A stretch of 64,000 bases of DNA from Podarcis liolepis (Eukaryota): NCBI GenBank assembly GCA_965112155.1, contig OZ218107.1; one strand, given 5' to 3'. The notes under the pieces are model-generated. The model made no database searches, was not told the origin of the DNA, and saw only the letters and a program-made list of their open reading frames with translations. Of the stretch, positions 24,896 through 36,005 are shown in pieces. Position 1 is the first letter of the stretch. Every line of letters starts with the position of its first letter. The translations under genes were made by a program, and so were the position numbers.

Positions 24896-26561
24896 ATGGG
24901 TTTAAGTAAGGATCCATTGAGTTAAATGGGATTCACTCCCAGGTAAGTGTGCAGGAGACTGCAGAAAAAGTTCAAGATAGAGCAGGATGGTTCAGATCAA
25001 TAAATATAGATTCAAAAAGCAGGACTGTAGATGTCTGGTAAAAGCTCACACCCCTTTTGTTCATGCATCTTTTGGGAATTCTGCCCCACGGTTCATGCAC
25101 TAGATATAATATTGTAGATAAAGACTAATTGAGTTAGGAAGGGGAGAATAACTCTTATGTATTATGGGAAACTTATGGATAAACTATTACTGGATGGTAA
25201 AAATGCTGCTCAGGGAAGAGTGATTCCCATGTCAGGCAATATGCCCAAAGAAAGGGTGAATCTCCAGAGCCAACAGCACAGGAAGTCTTTCATATCAATT
25301 CAAACAAACACCAATTTGAGCAACCAAGTCTTGAGACACGAACCTCTGGTTATTTGATGCTGAATGTAAAATATTAGCCTGAAATCCATGAACTCAAATG
25401 ACGACTTCAGTTTTCAGAATAGATGAAACAGAAATTTTAAAATCTATGTAAAGTGGGTGTACAAATAAAGGGTGGGATCCAAGACATACCCAGAGTAGAC
25501 CCATTGAAATTAATGGACAAAAGTAACATGGGCATAATTAGCACTGGACATCAGCCAAAATATATGCATTATAGTGTAGAAATTTTAATTATCATGCCTC
25601 ATGGTAAGTCTCTGCATAACACTTGGTATGATCCAGAATTTTGGGGAGCTAAAGTAGTCTGCAAACAGGGAAAAATAAGAGACAGATAAGGCATGAAATG
25701 GGATACTAGAAACTGTCATTTCAGTTCAGGATTTGAACCTGGGATGGATATCTAATTTTTCTTTGTTGATACCCTATCTGAAAAAAGCTATATATTCTCA
25801 TCACCGTTCTACCCAAGCATACTAGAAATAGGTTGTGTTGTATTCAGTGAATCTTATTCCCAGTAAATCTGCATGTGACTGCAGCCCCAGTTGCTCTCTG
25901 AGGAAAAAGACCCACTGAACACAGTGCAATTTACTTTTGAGCATAAGATTGCATCAGGCCTCATTGGAGGTATCTGTAGAACATATTCATTATGGTATGT
26001 GCGCATATTATACAACATAACAAATATGTCAAGTTGCATTGATGGGAGATTAAATGAAGCAGCAATACAGAAGATTATCTACATGCAAGCATTACATCAA
26101 TATTCTTTTCTGTTACCATGATTAAAACAAAATCAATTACCCAAAACTGCAACTCTGTATTCATAATATATAATCATATATAAGTAACACTTATGGCTCC
26201 CCTAATACATATTAAATGTAAAGTTAGCCACATTGCCTCATAGCTGATACACAATTAACACAGTGAAACAATAGATCTTTTGAGTAAGTCTCTTAATTTG
26301 AATGTCAGAACAAGTTGTCAGTGGTCAGAGTTTCACAGCACACTTTATCATCATCAACACATCCGTCTATTCTTGGAAAAACCACTTAATAAAGCAGTCA
26401 TTACTGTCAAATATTCTAAACCGTATTCTGTACCTCTATTTGTAATCTTTATTAGATCAGTCAAAAGCTTTGCAAAATCAATTGGCACAAAGACTTTCAA
26501 TGCTCTGTGAGCCAATGTACTCCCTACAATACCAGCCAGTTGTTCCTGAAACAGTGATAAA

Positions 26562-26751
26562 CATAGGAGCCAACTCCTAGGGGCTGAGGTCCCTTTGTCC
26601 CGTCCCCCCCCCATAAAATATTTGAGCTCCTCCCCAGTTGATGGGCATTGCCATTCAAATGGAATGCGTGCACCACATCTTGTGATAAATTTTGTGGGGC
26701 CGGGATTATCTCCACACACACCCAAACATTTTATTCAAGTTGGCACCCCTG
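26562..26751. mobile_element. hAT-like MITE in putative ANO6 3' UTR
   Basis: CATAGGAGCCAACT...AGTTGGCACCCCTG ends; exact TSD GTGATAAA (26554-26561 / 26752-26759). Confidence 0.8.
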
Positions 26752-27115
26752 GTGATAAAGCACTATAAGCTGCACCCCATTCTAAATATTCCTTTGCTGG
26801 TGACACAAGTTACACATCAGACTATTGTCTTCATTGACCTCTTTAGAATCAGAGTTAGCTCTACCATTAGGCCCAAGGAGGCAGCTGCCTCAGGTGGCAG
26901 ATTATGAGGCTGAGGCTCAATGGTGAGATGTTGGAGGATAGAGTTGTGTGTGTCATGTACTTCTACTGCCAGTCTGGTCACCTTCAGCACACAGAATACG
27001 TGGGTGTACCATTTCGTCCTTCACCTCAAGCAGCAAAATGTATTAGGCCAACTCAGAATTCACACATGGTTTTGTAGATACACACACTCACCCCACACCT
27101 ACCTGAATCAAATTA

Positions 27116-27433
27116 CAGTGGTGCCCCGCAAGACGAATGCCTCGCAAGACGGAAAACTCGCTAGACGAAAGAGTTTTCCGTTTTGGAGGTGCTTCGCAAA
27201 ATGAATTTCCTATGGGCTTGCTTCGCAAGACGACAATGTCTTGCGAGTTCCTGCTGGTTTTTTCCCCTCCCCCCCTTTTTCTAAGCTGCTAAGCCGCTTA
27301 TCAGCTGATCCGATAAGCCGCTAAAAGCCGCTAATCCGCTAATCCGTCAATGGGCTTGCTTCGCAAGACGAAAAAAACCGTTAGACGAAGAGAATCACAG
27401 AACGGATTCTTTTCGTCTTGCGAGGCACCACTG
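27116..27433. mobile_element. Tc1/mariner-type MITE, family B
   Basis: CAGTGGTGCC(C/T)CGCAAGACGAA TIRs, TA flanks; close copy at 48690-49031. Confidence 0.9.
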
Positions 27434-27568
27434 TATTATATACACAGCCACATGGAGATATCTCTTCTTCTATGTGGCTGCATATCCATGTTTATGTTCA
27501 CTTAAGTGAAGTGAGGGGTTAGTGTTTGTGTATTGGATCAACAGGCACAATGCTCCCATGGTCTGGAA

Positions 27569-27821
27569 AATGGGTAGGCAAACTAAGGTCTGGGGGGCCG
27601 GATTTGGCCCAATCACCTTCTAAATTCGGCCCGCAGACAGTCCAGAAATCAGCATGTTTTTACATGAGTAGAATGTGCCCTTTTATTTAAAATGCATCTC
27701 TGGGTTATTTGTGGGGCATAGGAATTCGTTCATTATTTCCCCCCCAAAATATAGTCTGGCACCCCACAAGGTCTGAGGGACAGTGGACCAGCCCCCTGCT
27801 GAAAAAGTTTGCTGACCCCTG
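27569..27821. mobile_element. hAT-Charlie-like MITE
   Basis: GGGTAGGCAAACT...AGTTTGCTGACCCCTG ends; exact TSD GTCTGGAA (27561-27568 / 27822-27829). Confidence 0.8.
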
Positions 27822-29038
27822 GTCTGGAAGTTGGGAGTTGAATATTAGTTCAACATTCTGAATGACTGAAAAGGCTTTCTCCATCCCATTTAATATTTCT
27901 CGGTGGTGTCTTTTGTAATGCATTACATTGATCAGGTATGACAAGTCCATAGTCTGAACTACAAACCAGTGCAAGATCTTCCACTCTGCATTTCGAAGCT
28001 AAGATGGCAGCTGAACACTCAAACATTCTTCAGAAATCAACATGAGCTTGGGATTCCAGTGAAACAGAAGAATGGCTATAGATCCATGAAACAAGAGTAA
28101 TGTCTGCTAGCACTGTGAACTACTTGCCAGAGACTTCTAGGGACATTCAGGTTGAAATGAGAGGTGGATAATTAGAAGAGCACAGAGCAAAAACGGAAGC
28201 AGGTCTGAAATGTCCACTCTTCTGTGGCTCTTCTAATCAGTAGAGGTGCCAGTGGCAGTACGGCTCTGACTGGGATGCAAATCCCTTCATATTATGCTGA
28301 ATGCAGGAGTAGCCAGTGCAGAGTAGCAAGGCCACGCGGCTGCTTGTACAGCAGTGGTTCAGCTGCTCCTTAATGGGATGGGGCAGCATGGCAGTCAGGT
28401 TGGGCCAATGTCGGAAGGAGACACTGGATTTGCTCTACTGCTGCCTTCACTGCCACCCAGCCCCAGCCCTGCCCCATTGAGCAGCAGCAACACTGCTGTC
28501 AGGGGAGCTGGGGCATGTCGCTGCCCCACTGCACTGGCCATTCCTGGTTGAACATTACTGCATTCCCTTCAGTATACATATCTCTTAAGGCTTTATGGAA
28601 CACAAGAGTGGTTTCCCCCCCTTACCTTTGGATTGTCATTTTGCTTAAATTCATTTTGTGCAGACTGTACATTTGAGCGGAGGGGGCTCGAGTCTGAGGC
28701 CAGCGTAGGCAGCCCTGTTTCCCCTCCTTGCCACAGTGTCCATTTCTACCCAGTTTGATAAAGCTGGAGAAGGCAATCAAAGTACTCAAAACTGGTCCGA
28801 ATAAGCCGTGTCCCTCTTAAGACAAGTGGTTTGGTTTCTGAGGTTTGGTTTCAAATGGCATACAGTTGGAAGGCACACCACAAAAGTCTAGATTAGGACA
28901 GCCCCTTTATAACAGCCAACATTCACTTCTTCCTTTGCAATTATGTTCTACCAAGTCTTTGGTCCGATCCCTTTGTTTGTTTGTTTTGGTAGAAAGATTC
29001 ACACACCACTGGCTAGGCACTGTCAGGCTGTCATGTCT

Positions 29039-29245
29039 CTATTCAGTTTTAGGCCGGAAAGTCCCATCTGCGCCTTTTAATATTTTGTCGGCGATGCTCC
29101 CCATATTCTTCTTCATAGCTTTCACAGGATTCTCATGCAGGAGTGTCTGTATTAGATACTTCTCCCGTTTAATTTTGCTTTTGGTTTTCTTTGACACATC
29201 GGGAATTATGTGTGAAATAGCAAATGTCACCAAGTAGATGATATG
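29039..29245 (-). CDS. ANO6: ANO6 last coding exon
   Basis: CAG|[31 protein letters not shown]...RPKTE*; TAG at 29039-29041. Confidence 0.95.
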   Translation of the reverse strand, partial: HIIYLVTFAISHIIPDVSKKTKSKIKREKYLIQTLLHENPVKAMKKNMGSIADKILKGADGTFRPKTE

Positions 29246-32200
29246 CTGGATGGGGGAGGGGGAGGGAACACAAACAGAGTCAGCTACTCAGAATATACAA
29301 CCATTATAAAAGAGAGTAATATTGCCCCGTTATTGACTTTTGCCGCAATCTGGAAGTCTGTTGGCCACATCTGCAAAACGCATTTAAAGCGCTGCTACAC
29401 CACTTTAACTGTCCCGGCTTCTCCCAAAGAATTCTGGGTATTGCAGTTTCTTCAGGGTGCTGAGAATTGTCAGGTTAGGTGATTCCACAGAGCCTAGGAC
29501 TTGCCGATCAGAAGGTCGGCAGTTCAAATCCCCGCGACGGGGTGAACTCCTGTTGCTCAGTCCCTGCTCCTGCCAACCTAGCAGTTCGAAAGCACATCAA
29601 GTGCAAGTAGATAAATAGGTACCGCTCCAGCGGGAAGGTAAACGGCGTTTCCGTGCGTTGCTCTGGTTCACCAGAAGCGGCTTAGTCATGCTGGCCACAT
29701 GACCCGGAAGCTGTACGCCGGCTCCGTCGACCAATAAAGCGAGATGAGCGCCGTAACCCCAGAGTCGGTCACGACTGGACCTAATGGTCAGGGGTCCCTT
29801 TACGTTAACCTTTATTCCCTGCACAGAACCGCAATTCCCAGAATTCCCCGGGAAAGGAGACTGATTGTTATACCACTCTGGCAACTGTGGCAGGGCGATA
29901 GAGGTCTCCCAACATTTCTCAGCACCCTTAACAAACTGCAGTTCCCAGGATTGTTTTGGGGGGAGGAAGCCATTACTGTTCAAAATGATACAATAGCACT
30001 TTAAATTCATAGTGCAGATATGACCTATGTGCACTCAGATAACAGACGCATGAGGATCTGCACATTCACATTCATTTCAAAGGATCAATCTAATTTGGAG
30101 ATGCAAAGAAACAGCCTCTAATGCACGGCAAGGGGAAATGTTTCTTTAAGGTTTCCTGCTGGTTGCTAAGAGAGTTTCTGAGAGCATGCCCAGGTGGCAA
30201 TTTATTTCTCTCTCCGCTCCCTGCTAGGAAAGCGCCAGCCATGCAGCTGTTTATCTTTGCCATCCCAATGTGCTACCTACCATGGAGACCACAGAGCTAG
30301 GCACTGTTTGTGCAATATGGACAGAGAAGGACCCTCATTGGAGTCCTCCCTGGGGACAGACTCTGGGGGGACAGCAGCTTCCTAGCTGCCCATTTACCCC
30401 CTTTGTGAAGAACCAGTGTTTCCCCGAGCTGAAAGTTCGAATGTATTTTATGTTTTGCACCATCGCTGCCATCCTGCACATTCAGTGTTGTGGGCCCAAG
30501 GCTGTGGGATTCCATCCCAACTGAGATTAGACAGGTCCCTCCCCTTGCAGACAGATGGGCGGGGTATAATTAATAAAATTATTACTATTATAAAATTATT
30601 ATTGCTGAACTTCAGGTGCCTAAATCAGACTTTCTTGTTCCAGCCGGCACTTTTGAGGTAGTCTAGTTTTGTGATAAACATTTATTGCTTCGTTGTCCCA
30701 TTTTCTGTGGATTGTTTTGATGTAAAAGGACACTGCTTAGAAGTGTGAATAATTAAGCAATACACAAATGTCTTAAAAAAAATAAATAGTTAACCAAGGG
30801 AAGGCGAAAATTTGGATTTTTGTGCAATGGCTCTTTTTTTTTCTTTTTTTGCAGGCTTTACTTTTAACTCCCAACTAGGGTGGCAGGCAGAGATCTTAGT
30901 GGAGTTTAATATCCTTACAGACAGAGTTAAAAATAGCTACTAATAACATAATTTTTTTAATGCATTCACAAACTTTTTGCCTTTTTGTCCCCCCCCCCAT
31001 CTCAGTCTCCAGAAAGGCAGTTCAAAAAACCACACACCCCGAAAACAGTATTCAAGATTTGCTCAGTATTTCTCCACCCTCCACCGAAAAGGAGAAAGGG
31101 AAGAGCTGGTAGCTTTTGTTTAGACATGCTTTAGATGGAGGACATTCATGAGGATTTCATTTTGCACAATTTTCATATGTTTTTCTTCCGAAATGTATGC
31201 CATTGAGGCAGGCTGCACCAAAACTGCATGGCAAGTTTTGTTTCCATTGAGATCAGAAAAATCTGTTTGCTGATTCCACCCCCTCTCAACTCCCCCACTC
31301 AAATTTATTGATTTTCATGAGGATCGCACCAGGAAAATTCTGAAAAATATGCCTGAGAAATTTCCACCCCATTGCATGGCTGGGCTGGGCTTACGCAAGG
31401 TATACAAAGGGTACTACTGCAACTTTAGGATGAAGGAATGGAAGACACATGCTGACATGGTTTTTAATCCAAAATGATGAAGAAACTCCTTTTAGGAGGA
31501 AATATACTGACCTCCATGACAATGATGAATGAGAGCTTGGCTGCAATAACATGCCAGTAATAGATATTGTGTTCATATTGATGTTCGTGCCCAGGGGGGT
31601 ATCGGAAATCCCGGTACCTAACAGTCAAAGACAATGAAGCAATCATTTCAGCAGACTCTGCAATATGGCACACAGGCCAGAAGGGGGAGCAAAATCCATC
31701 CCATTCTCCTGATAAGGCAACACACAAGTTAAGCAGAATGTAATCGTAGAATTGTAGACCCGGAAGGGACCCTGAGGATCATCTAGTCTAACCCCCTGCA
31801 GTGCAGGAATATGCAGCTGTCCCATAATGAGAACAAAATGCAGATAAATCACATCTACTGAATTGCATTATTTTGTCGACACTAAAATTATCTTCTCTTT
31901 TGACCATTGTTTACTATTACTTTACAATGCTGAGAGGTAAAGNNNNNNNNNNNNNNNNNNNNNNNNNNNNNNNNNNNNNNNNNNNNNNNNNNNNNNNNNN
32001 NNNNNNNNNNNNNNNNNNNNNNNNNNNNNNNNNNNNNNNNNNNNNNNNNNNNNNNNNNNNNNNNNNNNNNNNNACCTTGGAAGTCGAACAGAATCCGTTC
32101 CAGAAGTCCGTTCGACTTCCAAAATGTTTGGAAACCAAGGCACTGCTTCCAATTGCCAATTGGAAGCTGTGGAAGCCATGTTAGACATTCAGGTTCCAAA

Positions 32201-33180
32201 GAACGTTTGCAAACCGGAACACTCACTTCTGGGTTTGCGGCGTTCGGGAGCCAAAATGTTCAGCTCGCAAGGCATTACAGAACCAAGGTACGACTATATA
32301 CCGTATTTTTCTCTCTATAACACGCAGATTTTTTCTCCTAAAAAGGAAGGGGGAATGTCTGTGCGTGTTATTGAGCGAATGTGTGGTCCCTGGAGCCGAC
32401 TAGGGCAAGCGCAGGAACAAAAATCAGTCAAAAATCAAATCGCGGTGGGAGAAGGGAAACCTGAAAAGAGGAAGTTGCTGCTTTCCTGCATTCTGCCTCA
32501 GGGTCTTACTGCCCACCCTCTTGTGTTTCGTTGCTGTGTTTGCTCAAACGGAACAAAGAGCAGGCAAATCCCCTCCCCTCCAGGCAAGCAGAGGGGAAAG
32601 CAGAGCGTCCTTCCTTCTATTTCCTCTCCCTGCTCCTCACAGGCAGCCAGAAAACATGCAGGTGGGAGAGAGGGGGAGAGAGAGAGGGAGAGAGAGGGCT
32701 GGCTTGGGTGGGGTGGGGGGACTTTTGTCTTTCTTTCCTCCCTCCCGTTAAATTCCTCTCCTGCATTCTTATGCTCCTTGTCCCTTCTGTGTTTTTCTTC
32801 CCTCCCCACTTAAAATGCAGTTACAAAGCATGGATCCACATGGATCCTCAGGATCTCTGCATTGGGTCACCCCAAATTCACCATCAGATCACATAGCATG
32901 TCCATGGCTATAGCCTGCCCCCCCAAAATCACGCACCCACTGTTGCTTGGTGCTGCAATGGTGCAAAAACATGGTTACAAAGCATGAATCCACAGGGATT
33001 CTCGGGATTTTTGCATTGGGTCACCCCAAATTCACCATCACATCACATGTCTGTGGCCATAGCATGAAGCACAAAAATGATACATCCACTGTTTCATTCA
33101 GAATTCCCCCCCCCCTGTTTTCCTCCTCTAAAAATGATGTGCGTGTTATGGTCAGGTGCGTGTTATAGAGCGAAAAATAC

Positions 33181-33227
<47 letters not shown>

Positions 33228-35958
33228 GCTATTTTAAATGGGAAAATAGACTTGCCTGCATGTTGTCTGGTTGGCAAACATGGGAAGAGCGGCTGGCTTG
33301 CTTTCGTTTCTGAAGTCTGACACAGCAAAGACGGAAAGTGTGTTGTTTATGTACCCCTTCATGGAGTAAGTGCTCTGACTTCCATAGGGAGGAACGGAAA
33401 ATGACCAGTAATACACCAGGCGTGGAATCATATCGGACGTAAAAGCAATTATCATTGCCTGCATTTGAAAAGAGAGGGAAATGGGCAAGATTTAACTGCA
33501 TCTAGGTAGAATTTTATACAACGAGAGAGGGAATGTGTGTGTGTGTGTGTATCTGTCTGGAAATGGGAAATATATTATTGTACAAAACAGAAGCGCAACA
33601 CATCCAGATCTCTCCAGTTTCTGGCTGTCAAAAAATCTCAACTCCCTTCCTGTTTCCATTCTGATTGTACCCACAACAGGCTATGTGCAATGGTCTGTGT
33701 CCCTGGTGAGAGGGTGGGATAAAACATAAGCAGCTTTTCCCTGACAGACGACCACACAATGCATGCAATAAACTGTGGATGTAATACCCTGGTGGCTTTG
33801 CAGAAATGATTATAAGAATCAGGTTTATGCATGCTAGTAGGGAACACCCTCTGAGTGATCACAATATTATACCTTTCTAATGCTGCCCCCGCTTCCCACT
33901 TTTCCTATGCATAAGAACATTGAGTTATTGCGAAACGTTATTTGGAATTCAGTGTAACCTATTTGCTCTTTACGCTGCCTTTCTCTCTTCACCCCTCCAG
34001 TATTCTTCCCACATAAACTTTCACCTCTTTCAAATGATTTCCAGATGTGCAATAGCAGTGATGACACACACAGGAGAATATATTCTTCTGGATGCTCTGT
34101 AAAAATAAACTCCCCACCCCACCATTTGTAGGCTGTTTTTTTAAAAAAGAGGATCACACACAAAAAAATTCTGATTTCAATGTTCCAAGACGTGATCACT
34201 TTTCCTATTACCCCAGAACAAATGAAAGCTGGGCTTATGCCTGGCAACTGAATATAGCAATGTCAGCTCTGCTGCATGAACTCTTAAGTGCCAAGGTAGC
34301 TTTGTACAATATCCACTTAAAGTTCTGCCAGTTTTGCAGAGTAATCCATAAAGTGGAAAGAAATGGAACTTGCTGTGAAAGAAGCATGGCATCAACTATT
34401 TTGGGGATTTTTATTTTTTTATTTTAGAAAGCCTCTGCTGCGGTTATGACAGTCAGGCTTCCTGGGCCACTGTGCATTTTCAGTGGCTATTGTTACTAAG
34501 GGTTGCAATCCGTGCTAGTTCTACTCAAGAGTAGACCCACTTGAAATTAATAGCCATGGCAAACTTTGATCCATTAATTTCAATAAGTCAGCTCTCGGTA
34601 AAACTTAGGAGGCAATAATTATTTGGCTGTTCTATGATCAAACCACCTGAGTCCATTTGAAACAATTGAACTTTTTAGATGAAGAAAACATCGGCTCAGG
34701 AGGAAAACCACACAAGATTTCTTTTTAAGTGACTTACTAGTTAGTGTTGCCAGAGGCATCTCAGAAGATGCATTCCCTCCTCCTGTGTAAAAGAGTAAGG
34801 GGAATGCCTCTAGCATGGTGCCAGCTAGCAGTAAATTTTGGACACTAAACCTGGCACCAGCCAGTTTAATTGAGTGGAAACTCCTACCGCAGAGCCTTAG
34901 CAAAATTCATTGCAGTAGGGTTTTGTTGACCCTGTCCTCAAAGGGAGAAAGAGAAAGCAAAGGGAATATGCTTATTTAATTTATAATATTTATATACCAG
35001 CTGTCCTCACACATTGTCTTGCAATGGGTCATAACAATTTAAAGCGCAATACAAAATAAGAACAAAATAGAATGTGCAATAAAGTACAACCCAAGATGGT
35101 CAGCTTGTATACAAACAGATATCACAAAGGCACCATGAGTCTTAATTGGTATCTCATAAAAAACCAACCAACCAACCAACCATTGGTACCACTGTCGCTG
35201 GACTTCTCATTCCTCAAGGAAATGGAGAACATCTAACATGTCAACAATTTCATACTGTTCGAAGGTGCGAATATGGAGAACGGACTTTACAACTGATTGA
35301 AGAACACTTCCCCATGGGAAATAACTGTTTGGCATTTCAGATCCCAAATTGTCACTACTTAAAGACTGTACTTACATTGGTCACCACAGCAAGAAGAGCT
35401 ATTCCTTGCATGATGGGCTGCCATGCTCCTATGTCCTGAGCTTTCTGAGGAACTATGCGCCTGAACTGTGTGGTAATCTTCCAGGCGTCTATACGTATTT
35501 CCAGTAAATTGTTCATAAGTGCCAGAAGGGGAGCCAGTGGGAACGAGGCCACAAACAAAGTGACAAATCCAAACTGTATAACTGCCAATGAGAAATGTGA
35601 CAAACACTGGTGAAATATTAATTAGCATTGTGTGCGCTTTCAAAAGTCAGGCATGCCAAACCCAGTGGCTAAACAGAGCTACTCTAGATCACTTGAAAGA
35701 GCTGGGTTCTTGGATCAGAAAAGTATGGGAAAGTTACCCAAAGTCTATGGGTGATATTCAGCTAAGATTTACTCAGACTAGATCCATTGAAACTAATGGA
35801 CCCATCTTAGTCACCTTCATTAATTCACTCTGAGTAAATTACTTTGAGTAATACTTAGTTGATTCCATTCATTATCTGCACTCTGTAGCCAGCAAGAAAC
35901 CAACGCCATTGTAAAAAGGAATTTATAATGCCAATCAGGACATGGGGTGTGTGGAAAT

Positions 35959-36005
<47 letters not shown>

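Larger units (their letters stand above)
23320..29038 (-). other. ANO6: Putative long 3' UTR of ANO6
   Basis: Follows the stop codon at 29039. Minus-strand AATAAA candidates at ~26448, ~23654 and 23344-23349, the last in a U-rich 3'-end-like context. True end not determinable from sequence alone. Confidence 0.45.

Noticed and set aside
32124-32813. Longest ORF in the track (229 aa)
   Set aside because: Runs across two adjacent non-autonomous elements and a GA tract; no transposase motifs.
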